A stretch of 63,598 nucleotides of DNA, counting the filler, from Saprolegnia diclina VS20 (Eukaryota), in assembly GCF_000281045.1 (NCBI RefSeq). It is 9 parts of 5 records of this genome, joined end to end, with 100 filler letters (N's around TTAATTAATTAA, not from the genome) between each part and the next. Parts side by side here need not be neighbours in the genome. Positions count along the whole stretch, not along the records: positions 1 to 28,280 come from NW_008246231.1; 8 more parts are not named here. One strand, 5' to 3'. Every line of letters begins with the position of its first letter. Positions within the stretch are counted from its first letter, which is position 1. The position numbers were made by a program, and so were the translations under genes. Below, one piece after another: positions 1-11,266 of this stretch. A model generated the notes under the pieces. That model saw only the letters and a list, made by a program, of their open reading frames with translations. It ran no database searches and was not told where the DNA came from.

Positions 1-530
1 GTTATTTTACTCAACTTGACGGGGATCTGGTCAGCGAGAGTACGGTACAATGTAGGTGTAGTTCGAGAAGGCGCTCGAGGTCAGCCTCGTCGCCGGTCGT
101 GGGTGGAAACGTTGTGCTGATACGGTCGCCAGCAAATCACGCAAGCGTCGCGGTTGGGCGCAAGCACTGAACAGCGTCGGGCACTCTTCTCAAGCGACGA
201 AAAAGATGCTTGGGCCAAGGTACTGTATCCTGATATAGTGTGCAAGCACGAGGATGGGCAGGCGTCACGCTTGAATCCCAGTTGTTGTTAATTTGAATAT
301 TGAATTTAAATTATGGGCTATCACCCAAGAGTTGGTGCGTCCCTTGCGTGTTTGCTGCGTCTTTGATATGAGGAGGTCGTTTGCTCTTTGCAGCTGGGAC
401 TGAAAGCACCGTCGATGATTGGACAAAATAGCTTCACTTAGTAGGAGTCGAGTCATGGGGTCCCCAACTCGAGGCTCGTGGACAAACATCGCGTAGTGTG
501 TGCATGAATAACTCTAATATCTGTCTAGTC

Positions 531-1838
531 TTAGTTCATATATGTCTCGTCGTAGAGCATCGTGAGGTATTTGTCGGGCTGGGCGGGGCACCACATGCTT
601 GTGCCAGCAATCGTACATCGCTGGAGCGGAAACACCCACTCGCGCGGGATGTTGAAGTACCAAGTATCGGGGCAGTACTTGCACGTGTACCAGCAGCCCG
701 ACTGGACGGGTCCGAGCATCTCGACCGTCCCGTGGACAATTGCGTTGACTGATGGCATGAGCAGCGCGCCGATTGTGCCGTTCGTGCTTGAGAACATCGC
801 GTTCGCCGGCTGCTGCGACGGCAAAAACTCAAAGACGTCCGTGTACAGCCCCGTGTGCTTGTCCACAAACCGACCTGGCAGGTACCAGTACGGGCCGTCA
901 CGGTACAGCGAACTGTCGCGCAGGAAAAGCTCGTAGCGCGGCAAGAGCGTCGAGAGATTTTTGTGCCGCAGCTCGTTCATCGAGGCTTGCGTCAAACCAA
1001 TGTCGGCGTCAACGTCGTGGGGAATGATGTCGCCGCCACGCACAGCACCGAGAAGGGTGCCGCTGTCGAGCCAGTACTCAATACCATGGTGCTCCAGCGC
1101 GCGCGTGATCTCGAGCAGCATCATCCGGACGCGGGCGCGGCGCTCCGAGACGGGGTAGCACTCGGTCTTGTTGACGTACGCTTCGACCAAGTGGCCCATG
1201 TTGTGCACGGCGCAGTCAATTTTGCCGTTGGGATCCGTCGGGTACACGTTGCCATGCTGGTCGGTGACGAGAGGCACGGGAGTTGGCGACGTCGTCGGTG
1301 GCGGCGTCGGGGCGTCCGTGACCGGCTCTGGTGTCGGCGCCACGGTTGTCGGCGGCAGCGTGGGAGGCTCCGTGGTCGGCTCGGGTGTCGGGGCATCGGT
1401 AATCGGCTCGGGGGTGGGCTCGGGCGTGGGCTTTGGGGTGGGCTGAGGTGTCGGAAGCACTGTGGTCGGTGTCGGCGTCGGCTCATCTGTCGTTGCGACC
1501 GGCGTCACTGTTGATGGCTGGACCGTGGCTTCGACTTCGGTCGTCGGAAGCGACGTTAACGGTGTTGAAAAGTCCTCGTCGAACTCGAACTCTTCCGTTG
1601 GAATTAAGGGCGACAACATCTCTGGCTCCGGAAAGAGCTCCGTGTTTTGGCCTGACGCCGTACCGCTGCCCGATGCGAGCTGACGCTGCTCGATCGAGCC
1701 CGTGCCCATGATGTAGCCGACCTGGAAGCTGCTCAAGTTGACGACGGCGACGACGATAAGGCACAGAAACAAGCGCAGACTTGCGCGCCCCGAGTTGGCC
1801 AAGCCGAGCTCCGCGCTGTTGTTTTGTCTTGTCGACAT
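531..1838 (-). CDS. LicD/fukutin-family phosphoryl-ligand transferase (copy 1, intact); type II membrane protein with Pro/Thr-rich stalk
   Basis: Motif YWLDSGTLLGAVRGGDIIPHDVDADIG matches the LicD nucleotidyltransferase signature. N-terminal TM segment LFLCLIVVAVVNL, then PTPEP repeats. First plausible ATG at 1838, TAA at 531-533. Confidence 0.85.
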   Translation of the reverse strand: MSTRQNNSAELGLANSGRASLRLFLCLIVVAVVNLSSFQVGYIMGTGSIEQRQLASGSGTASGQNTELFPEPEMLSPLIPTEEFEFDEDFSTPLTSLPTTEVEATVQPSTVTPVATTDEPTPTPTTVLPTPQPTPKPTPEPTPEPITDAPTPEPTTEPPTLPPTTVAPTPEPVTDAPTPPPTTSPTPVPLVTDQHGNVYPTDPNGKIDCAVHNMGHLVEAYVNKTECYPVSERRARVRMMLLEITRALEHHGIEYWLDSGTLLGAVRGGDIIPHDVDADIGLTQASMNELRHKNLSTLLPRYELFLRDSSLYRDGPYWYLPGRFVDKHTGLYTDVFEFLPSQQPANAMFSSTNGTIGALLMPSVNAIVHGTVEMLGPVQSGCWYTCKYCPDTWYFNIPREWVFPLQRCTIAGTSMWCPAQPDKYLTMLYDETYMN

Positions 1839-3593
1839 GATGAAAAATGTACACTGCACTCGCAGCCAACAATGTAGAGTAGCTATCAGTGTCGCTATCA
1901 TTGCTCTCGGTTCAGCATTCTTGAAGCACATCCAAGCACCCCGCTACCATCCGCGATCACATACACTACGAACTACACCTCGCACCCAGTCGCACCCACG
2001 TACTTGGTACATACAGTAGCGATGGCTGTGGCAGGTGTGAACCTTGACTCAACGATCGCTCGGATGGCGTACGGCAAGAACAATGAAGTTGGCAGCAGCG
2101 CGTTGCTCGATCCACTTGTAGAGGTGAAATGTCATTGCTTACGAATTCGTTATTGGTTTGCGCTTGTAAGGGCGCTGCGCTTGGCAATCCTTCAGTGAAG
2201 GATGAAGGCGCACGTTACTTCCGAAGCCTTCGCAGACAAGCAAGCATTTGATTCGACCCACAGATACCTTGACGGGGCTCAATGTTACAGCCTGCGGACC
2301 GCGTTCTGTCTGCAGTGAACGCAACATAACACAGAGTGCTACGTAACACAACAGCGCGCGGACATGAACCTTGAGGGTCAGTGCTCCATCGTGTGAGGCG
2401 CCGTGCATGGAATTCAGTGCACCATTTCCTTCTCTGTCGACGAGCAATGTACTTACCCTTCCAGGTACCCTGGCTTTGAAGGAGATGGAGGGAGAACAAT
2501 GTCGCATCGGTTGCTGTGTTGGAACATCTGTTTTGCAGACACTTGTGATTTGCTCCCGGCCAGACGAATTGTGTTCGTAACTGCGAAATCAACGTCCAAG
2601 GCTGTAAACGGGCATGGCTAATGGCGTCTGCACCAACAAGTAAGTTTCGGTGGCTGCGCCTTCACCTCCTACAGTACAGTACAGTACGACTATGATAGCG
2701 TGACCTGATAGCAGACTCATCGCTACACATGTGTTGCGGTGAGTAAGGTGGAGTCATTTTAGACACTCGGTTGGCCTGACACTGTCCCAGTGTCTACAGC
2801 GTCTTGAACACTAAAGACCGGACCTACACTGTATATATATATATATGAACGTGTTCCGCGTTATCTTCATTATGACACAAAGACTTCGCATACGTAGCGC
2901 AACGCCTGAAGGCGTGGGAGTTGGCACCAGCACTTGGTCGTTGGGAGTGAGCTGCGTACGGAGAGATCCATCCCGTGGTATATGATATTAACTGCCACCG
3001 CAAAGTGTCATTCCTGGTGTTTCGTTGGACTCCCAACGAGGCTGCGCGTGGTGGTTCGTCATCATGGGACCCGCCACATCATTCAGCAGCTGCCTGTAGC
3101 CTTCGCAAGCGCCGGTGCCATGCACTGATAGCAAGAATGCGAAAAACGGCGCAAGCGAGATTGCAAAGCGCGAGCTGATCGCAGAATGGCAAAGAAAACG
3201 ATTCGATTATAAAGACTGCTAGTCGTTATTGACCTTCGTGCACTTGACGTCTGCTCGACTGACGTCTTGAGACTCTTAGCGACGGACGTAATACACTGAT
3301 TGGCTGTTTAGAGCATCCCCAGCAGTCGTTTTTATACGTAAATATAGCAATTTTTAAAAACGGACCTCCCCAAGAGGCGTTTTTATTTCTAAAAATTTGT
3401 AAAAATTCGCCAGTCGTTTTTATCGCGGTCCACTTTAAAAACGTCGGCCAGTATTTCCAATCGTTTTTAAGGCCCATGCGACGGGCAATGGGCGAATTCA
3501 AGGCATGAAAACGCCGTCAGAACTCAGCTCGGAGTTTTCTACAGTTGAGGACAGCCATGCCTGCAACACAGAGACCCCAGATGTAGCAGGAAC

Positions 3594-3693
3594 NNNNNNN
3601 NNNNNNNNNNNNNNNNNNNNNNNNNNNNNNNNNNNNNNNNNNNNNNNNNNNNNNNNNNNNNNNNNNNNNNNNNNNNNNNNNNNNNNNNNNNNN
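3594..3693. other. Scaffold gap (100 N)
   Basis: Run of N. Other plain gaps at 21795-21896 and 29403-29502. Confidence 0.99.
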
Positions 3694-4045
3694 ATCGTCG
3701 GAATGTTGATCTGTCAGCTGTTGATTGGCAACGTTTGGCAACGCTGCTGGGGAGCTCCATTTCCATTGCCAACTGGTCGTTTCCAAAGCCACCCGTTAGC
3801 AATAAAATGAAAACGACTCCTGGGGATGCTCTTAGCAGGGTACCTGCCTCCTATTGGCTCGGGATTTCAACCTGGCATCCGCTCAACCCCTCGAAACTCG
3901 AAACGGAGGACCCAACTGAAGGACCCCAGAGTAAAAAGTACGGTTGAAATCACTGATCGATCGCCACTTGGCAAAACATGTTTCAGATGGTCCGTGCCGT
4001 CTCCCTTTATAAGGGCTCGGCCAAACACACACAAAATTTGGGAGT

Positions 4046-4061
4046 TCATTTCCCAATTTCC
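4046..4061 (+). promoter_or_regulatory. Oomycete INR+FPR core promoter element
   Basis: TCATTTCCCAATTTCC about 10 nt upstream of the ATG at 4071; fits the YCAYTYY...MWTTTNC pattern. Confidence 0.6.
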
Positions 4062-4070
4062 ACTTTCAAC

Positions 4071-5089
4071 ATGAAAGCGAGCCAGATCCTGTCGGCGCTT
4101 GCGGTCACGGGTCGATCCAACACGGTCCTGCTTCTTTGGGCCGCAACTGTTGCCATAGTTTATTTGGGTTGCTTTCAGCTGCTGGCGCTTCGCCCACTCT
4201 CGACGACGTCACCAAATCCGGTTTCGCCTCCGCTGCCGACAAAGGCGGTTGACACGGCTGCTGTTCTCAAGACGGCGACAATGACGCTGGCGACACATCC
4301 CGTTGATGCGATGGCAGCTGACCCAATCATGGTCATGCCGACGCCTGCGCCGATCGTTTCTGACAGCAATGGCAACGTGTACCCCATCGACCCCAACGGC
4401 AAGATCGCATGCGCAGTGCTCAACATGGCGCATTTGGTCGAAGAGTTTGTCGACAAGACCGAGTGCTACACCGTCGCGGAGCGCCGCGCCCGCCTCCGAA
4501 TACTGCTGCTCGAGGCTGCTCGGGCTCTCGAGTACCAAAAGATCGAGTTCTGGCTCGACAGCGGGTCGCTTCTCGGTGCTGTTCGTGAGCATGACGTGCG
4601 CCGAGATGATGTCGACACCGCTATTGGTCTCACGCAAGCGGCCATGGACCAGCTGCGTCAAACACGGCTGATCACATTGCATCCGCGCTACGCGCTCTTC
4701 CTCAAGAACAGCCCAAACCACCTTGACGCGCCGTTCTCGTACCCGTCGGGTCGCTTTGTCGACACGCAGACAGGGCTGTACACGAACGTTTTTGAGTTTT
4801 ACCCGAAGCGGCAGCCGGCCAACGCCCCCAACTCGATCGCGACCGGCACTCTCGGCGCCGAGCTAATGCTTTGACCAAGACTGTGGTGACCGAGATGCTT
4901 GGGCCCGTCGTGTCTCCGCACACGGCGGCGTGCAAGTACTGCGCCGACGAAGGCCGCTTTAACGTGCCGACCGACTGGATCTTTCCGCTGCGGCGGTGCT
5001 CCATCGACGGCTTTGACGTATTTTGTCCCGCACGCGCGGACAAGTACCTGACGCTAATGTACGGCGACATGGACATGATCGAGCAGTAA
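4071..5089 (+). pseudogene. LicD-family paralog (copy 2), frameshifted at ~4870 with a degenerate active site
   Basis: FWLDSGSLLGAVREHDVRRDDVDTA versus IIPHDVDAD in the paralogs. Frame ends CTT-TGA at 4872-4874; homology resumes in the -1 frame (TEMLGPV...CKYC...DKYLTLMYG, ORF 4871-5089). Could be an assembly indel. Confidence 0.7.
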
Positions 5090-6203
5090 AATAGCAATAT
5101 GAATTATGATATATACAAGATAACTTTTACATTCTATTATCTTGAGACGAGGTTGTTGGTTGACGACATCGCTTCTCGGCAACCTGATGCGATTTTTTTG
5201 TGAGCCGCTGTGCTGGCAGCCATGAATTGCGGGCCGTTATAATGCTTGCCACCGTGATATCCATCACGCTCAGAACTGATAGGGCGTGTTCGATGTTTTT
5301 GTGTAGACTCCGGTGCATCAAGGCAAAAGTGGATCGGACGGGGTTCACTTTTTCGTGTTTGGTGGAAAAAAAGTGCATCGAGGCGGCGCGGATCAACATT
5401 CTCGGAATCCATGTCCCGAGGTGGATTCCAGCCATCGCAAAGTAAACCGGGCAGTTTTATCAAGAATACGATTTACAGGCGCGCAAAATTGCGCGGGCAT
5501 TTGAACGGAAGGCCGATGACGAGGACATAGTTCTCCTTACGTACCCAATGGCCGTGGCGGCGACCGCATCAGCCATACCAGGTATCAAGGACGAGCTTGT
5601 CGATAAGGAGCCGCCCGAGAATAGGCCGCAACCTTGGTTCGTGCGCCCGGCGACGTCGTACCTGGCTCAACTCAACGCCCAGCGCGACCTGCACCATGAC
5701 AGTGGTGACCGTGCACTCTATGACACTTTCCACATCAAGCCCCGATGCGGAAACGCTCGACCAAGGCAATCTGAAGTTCGCGCGACTAGGCCGCAGCGGC
5801 TGCGGCCGCAGCGGCTGCAATGTTTCCGCCAAAAATTCGCGCCGATAAAAATTGTTGGCCGATCCATGTCATCACGTCCTGGATCCAATCGTGTTCGGTG
5901 AGAATTCCTGGTGGTGGATCAGACGTGCAAAACACCAAGCTGCAGATTCCGCGAATGTCGATCCCGGATGTGGATCCACTTATTTAACCGAACACGACCA
6001 TGACGATCAAACGCAAACGGCACGAGACACGCACGAACAGGCGCACGCGGCTGCCATTTCGAAACCGGTACATAACGCCACCAATGCGGAGCCTTTCCCA
6101 GAGCCGTGTCATTCCACTTTGCTGACAGGCTGCTACAGTTATCAACGACCAAAATGGGCCCCAGTAGTACATCAAAATGTATAGAGAATTGCATCGAGGG
6201 GCC

Positions 6204-6870
6204 TCACTTTCCCGTCGAAAAAAAGAATATAAATTCGACACAGTTATTGGTACCACTAAGAATCGGCGTCTCTGATTCGTCAAAAAGCTGTACAATAGAG
6301 CCTATCAATGGCTTGTTCCATCGGTTTGCCCCAATTCTGGGGAAGAGCTTGGGACAAACATCGGTTTGCCGGGATGGTCTACGTTGAGGCAGACGTTGAG
6401 GTACACGTACTCCTCCTTGCGCTTGATCGTCGGCGAAAGGTTTCCTTCGGGATGTTCTGCGTCTTGGTGAAGGCACGCATGCTGCAGTTCTTGATGGGGT
6501 CGGCAGAAGTTGACGACCACGCACGAAGTGTTGCCGCTGGCGTTGCCTCGTAAAGTGCGTTGTGCATTTGGACACACTGCGGCGGGGGCTAGCTCTTCCG
6601 GGGGTGGAAATCAATGTCGAATACGTGCGCGTTGAAGCATGCCATAGACAACTTAAGGTCCCACTTCCGAGCCCGTGCAGGTTAGGTGTAGCTAGCTGGC
6701 TATTGAAGTAACTCTGCTCAATCACTTTCCAATATTTATCCACGCCAAAAGTCCAGCTCAAGACAAAGCACTTAGCCGAGCAGAGGGCGATACCGTCACG
6801 GTCCGCCCACTGCGACGATTCGAAGTGCGTCATCGTGCACGCTACGTGCGCAAGTCCGTCACACATCATG
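6204..6870 (-). mobile_element. Possible degenerate DNA-transposon remnant
   Basis: Fragmented frames with a Cys/His cluster (CMMCDGLAHVAC...CSAKC) and an HTH-like SMRAFTKTQNIPKETFRRR. No intact ORF or TIR seen. Confidence 0.25.
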
Positions 6871-7190
6871 CATGGAGACCAGGTCGTCCTCGGTACAAGC
6901 AACGAGAAGGCACCGCATAACAGTCGGCATTGGACCACCACCAATTAAAAAAAAAGTCAGGAAACCGATCAAATTTGTCGATTATTCGGCATTTTGGCCA
7001 ATCAGATGACTGCCGTCGTTTTCCCCATGATTCACAAACGACGCTCTGTGATTGGTAAAAATGTGTCCTTATTTGCATTTGACTCGGATGACTCCGTGGC
7101 TCATTTTTATTCATAGAACCACTGTAGCCAAGTTTGGTCGTCGTTATCTGCATCCGGACATCGTTGAGCACCACTGTTGCTCTTGACCGG

Positions 7191-7258
7191 TGATTGGCGG
7201 CGATCAAAGATACTGCGATGGTCGCAACTCGTTCCCAGGTTTTCACTTTTGATTTTGC
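7191..7258 (+). promoter_or_regulatory. Reverse CCAAT box plus INR/FPR
   Basis: TGATTGGC at 7191 and TCACTTTTGATTTTGC at 7243-7258, just upstream of ATG 7273. Confidence 0.55.
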
Positions 7259-7272
7259 TGCAACACGCTACA

Positions 7273-7941
7273 ATGGTGCTTATCTCTGCCACTGAGATCA
7301 TCGAGACGGCCATGGAACTCGGGCTCTCATCTCTCATGGCCTTTGCCGGCTACAAGTACCTTTTGATCTCGGGTCGCTTTTGCGCGTTTGTATTTCCGGC
7401 CTTGGCGTTCTTTGGGTCACTCTCGGCGTGGACGACGCCACCAACTGCCATGTACTACCTCGTCGGCTTTGGCATCTCGGTCGCTGCAGTTCCCGTTGCG
7501 TGGCTTCTCCCCGTTGTCGGCACCTTTTGCATCGGGGCACTCGCAGGCTACTTTGCCACCGCGTTCGCACTCCTTGTCGCAGGCGTCGGTCTCCTCACGG
7601 CTCACGTCATCGGTCTCTTGGTGGCCGTGCCCGTTGGTATCGCCTGCATCGGACGCCGCTTGCCGCTCATTTTTGCCTCGGCCTTTGCGGGCTCGCGCTT
7701 GGTACTTGCGTCACTGATGATTTTGTACTTTATGATCTACCCGCCGACAGAGGCCAACGCGGTCGTGTCGCGCGATGCGGGCCTCACGGACGTGAGCTAC
7801 GCGATGCTTTTCCTAAACTTTGGGATATTTGCGGCCGCCCTTCTTGCGCAGCTCAAGTGGACGGCGCCGCCAACTGTGGAAGCGTCGACGCCGCCGCTTG
7901 TCGAGACCACGACGCCCCAAACCATCTACAAGCAGATTTAG
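7273..7941 (+). CDS. TMEM198/TM7SF3 (DUF4203)-like multi-pass membrane protein, copy 1
   Basis: About 6-7 hydrophobic helices; LMAFAGYKYL and LIFASAFAGS resemble the family's (F)xGYR and IxxTSxxGA patterns; paralogous to 10613-11266. Confidence 0.65.
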   Translation: MVLISATEIIETAMELGLSSLMAFAGYKYLLISGRFCAFVFPALAFFGSLSAWTTPPTAMYYLVGFGISVAAVPVAWLLPVVGTFCIGALAGYFATAFALLVAGVGLLTAHVIGLLVAVPVGIACIGRRLPLIFASAFAGSRLVLASLMILYFMIYPPTEANAVVSRDAGLTDVSYAMLFLNFGIFAAALLAQLKWTAPPTVEASTPPLVETTTPQTIYKQI

Positions 7942-9008
7942 TGGAACGTCGCAGAATGGCAGAGCCAAGGGAATAACACAATATATCCCTTGAGCCGAGC
8001 ACAAGAGATAACAAGTAAGACGCTTGAACTTCGCTTGGATGAGTGCACCATTTTCCTGGTTGGAACGTTTACGTGGTGTACCAGCATTCCAGGGGATTAA
8101 TTCGTATTTTCTGGCCAACCCATTGGCTATAATTTACACCATTTTGGCCAATGCAACGCAGTTGCATTGGTCTAAGCCAATCGCATCACGCGGAGCATGT
8201 CCAGTGAAGTGCGATTTTGCCGTTCCTGTTAAGTGCTGTCCATGTTGGGACATTATACTTGTTTTTGTAAAAATTAAGTACGACGCACTTCTAAGAGCAC
8301 ATGTCGAACATAAGGTATTTCCGCACCTAATCGCAATGCAGCTGCATTTGGATTGCAGAAGCGCGCGAAGACTGCAGCAAGCGCCGTCGTCGCAATACCG
8401 TTAATCAACACTTCGCGTTCATTACAAAAGTTCCTACCAGCTCACCCCGCAAGGGACCTGTTTAGCAGAAAGTCGCTGGAGGGTGAAGGTCGCATTATAA
8501 AACGTTTTGATTGGGCAATAATCCAGATAAATGGACCAATCCAAGGTCACGCGATACCAGCAGCGTCACGCAAGGTCGTTCGCGGAACCAAAATGCGTTC
8601 TGAAATCAGAGTCGATTTTACTCGGCCAAACGGTTGGAGATGCATAGGAGAGCACAACACACTACATCGCGTGGACGTGCGAGGCATGAAGCGTGCGCGA
8701 CGAGCTGCGCTACTAAACATGGTACATACCAAATATAGACACATATAGTCACTTTTAGTAGCGCGGCACATATCAAAATTTGCGTCGCCCACTGAGGGCC
8801 GTTGATTTATGTTCTAGTACCCCGCTGCGACTATACTACTATAACAACTCTACAAGAGGCGTGTACATTCGCTCCCAGCATGGTTGATGCGACCAAGGTC
8901 TTGGTGCTTGCCCGGTGCTACTGCTATCACGTCACCCGTGAAAGCATTGCCAACGATCAAAAATCCTCTCGATCCATAGGTCCATTCTACCTTCAGATAG
9001 CTCTTCAA

Positions 9009-9983
9009 ATGATACATGCGCAGGTTCCTTCCGTCAGCTCTTGTCGTCGTATTTCTCGTACAACTACGCGGCGGCAATGGCGTGCCCGTCTCGTACTCCT
9101 CCTCACGATCGTCTCTGTCTTCTGGATATCGACCTCCTTTTTTCGAGCGAAACCACATCTCGTCCACATATTGCAGCAGGACCTTGTGCAAGTTGCCGTA
9201 ACACCGCCGTCGACAACGTCGCCAACGCCCGTACCGCTCGTCACCGACGACCGTGGCAGTATCTACCCACAAGACCCTAACGGCAAAGTCGACTGCGCCG
9301 TCCTCGTCATGGAGCATTTGGTTGAAGAGTACGTCAACAAGACCGAGTGCTACCCCGTCTCGGAGCGCCGCGCCCGCATTCGAACCATGCTCCTCGAGGT
9401 CACTCGGGCGCTGGAGCACCATGGTATTGAGTACTGGCTCGACAGCGGCTCACTTCTCGGCGCTGTGCGTGGTGGCGACATCATTCCTCACGACGTTGAC
9501 GCCGACCTTGGCATGACGCAAGCCTCGATGGACGAGCTGCGGCGCACGAATCTCTCGACGCTCTTGCCGCGCTACGAGCTTTTCCTGCGCGACAGTCCGC
9601 TGTACCAGGATGGTCCATTCCCTTACCTCCCAGGGCGGTTTGTCGACACGCACACGGGCCTGTACACGGACATTTTCGAGTTCATTCCGGCGCTTCGGCC
9701 GGCCAACAGCTCTTTCTCAACTGCAAATGGCACGGTCGGCGCGCTGCTCATGCCATCAGTCAACGCAATTGTCAACGGGACGATTGAGATGCTCGGGCCC
9801 GTATCGTCGGGCTGCTGGTGGACGTGCAAATACTGCGCTGCGTCGTGGCACTTTAGCATCCCGCGCGACTGGGTCTTCCCGCTTTGACGATGCTCGATCG
9901 ACGGCATCGACGTGCTATGTCCCGCGCAACCGGACAAGTACCTTACAATGCTCTATGGCGAGACGTACATGAAGGTTTCCTAA
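9009..9983 (+). pseudogene. LicD-family paralog (copy 3) with an in-frame TGA at 9885-9887
   Basis: Intact YWLDSGSLLGAVRGGDIIPHDVDADLG. After WVFPL* the same frame continues RCSIDGIDVLCPAQPDKYLTMLYGETYMKVS* (TAA 9981-9983), homologous to the copy 1 C-terminus. Confidence 0.75.
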
Positions 9984-10595
9984 TCCAAATTCTAGAATTG
10001 TCTATAGACCGTATTGCACTATACATTTATTTATTGCAAACTGGATCTAGAATTGACAAAATACAGTGCTTGAGTCGGGGTATTGCATGCGGATAAGCCC
10101 ACAAGCATCAACAGTGCCGTTGTAAATGCATGCGCCAAGTGCGACCAACTTGACAGACATGACGAGGGCACAATGTGTATTCATTCTTGGGATGACCACG
10201 TGCCAGCCAGGTTTCGCAAAGCTGTACGACGTCACCTTCCATTATGATTGCTTTAGCGCCGCGCTTCACGTGTGTCCTACGCGCGTGTCAAGCGCGGGGG
10301 CAAGACGGTGATGCACCCACGTTCTGCGGCCCATGCGGTAACGAACTCACAACTAACTGCTAATAGTCGAATTCATTCCTGCACTTCCATGGTAGTTTCT
10401 CGCACTTTAGTACTAGTCTACGCTATGAAACGACGACACTATGTCTCTACTAGCAATGTACATAGCCATCTCTCATCGCTGAACAGACAAGTGGAGTGCG
10501 TCTCACGTCGTAAAGAGCAGTGCCGATCCGGCTCCATTTGGGAATGTCAAAAGGGTGGGGAGGTTTATATCCGGACGTACGTATGGAAGAACTTT

Positions 10596-10611
10596 GCACT
10601 TTTCAATTTGC
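10596..10611 (+). promoter_or_regulatory. INR/FPR-like element
   Basis: GCACTTTTCAATTTGC immediately upstream of ATG 10613. Confidence 0.45.
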
Positions 10612-10612
10612 A

Positions 10613-11266
10613 ATGAGCGAGAACGCACCGTACCTGCGCATGCTGGGCTTCATGGCCGTCGTTTTGATGGCGGTTGCGATCCCACTTGCCTTTTATGGCT
10701 ACCGCTTGCTGCCGCACACGGCGCGCGTCAGCACCTTCTTCGTCGTCTTCCTCCTCGCGGTGCAAGGCGTCGTGACCTTCTCGAACGACGACGATTACGA
10801 CCCCAACATGCACGTGATTGGCCTTATCCTCGCCTTGTTCACGGCCCTCGCCGTCTTCAAGCTCCCAACGGCAGCCATGTTTAGCATCGGCGCGCTCACG
10901 GGCGCGTCCATTACCATTGAAGTCCTCAGCTATACGCTCCTGGGCGACTTGTGGACGTTTGTCGGCGCGCTTCTTGCAGCGCTTGTGGGTGGCGCCTTTT
11001 GCCTTGGCCGTCGCGCGCTTCTGATCGTCTGCACGTCGTTCAACGGCGCGATGCTGTTTATGACGGGCGCCTCGCTTTTGCTCGTGTACCCGTCGACGAG
11101 CTTTGCGGTGATCTACTTTGGCGCGCATCTGGCGATCTTTCTGCTCGCGATGCTCGTCCAGTTCAAGTTCACGGCGCGCGACATTGATCACGACGTTGGC
11201 CGCAGTGATATCGCTCGCGAGAAGGCCATGGTCGCGACACCTGAGGCCTACGCCAACACCGTCTAA
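10613..11266 (+). CDS. TMEM198/TM7SF3 (DUF4203)-like multi-pass membrane protein, copy 2
   Basis: LAFYGYRLL and LIVCTSFNGAML motifs, about 7 TM helices, coding-like codon usage. Confidence 0.7.
   Translation: MSENAPYLRMLGFMAVVLMAVAIPLAFYGYRLLPHTARVSTFFVVFLLAVQGVVTFSNDDDYDPNMHVIGLILALFTALAVFKLPTAAMFSIGALTGASITIEVLSYTLLGDLWTFVGALLAALVGGAFCLGRRALLIVCTSFNGAMLFMTGASLLLVYPSTSFAVIYFGAHLAIFLLAMLVQFKFTARDIDHDVGRSDIAREKAMVATPEAYANTV

Noticed and set aside
9885..9887. Selenocysteine codon in LicD3
   Set aside because: Paralogs have Gln or Arg, not Cys, at this position, and no SECIS element was recognised.
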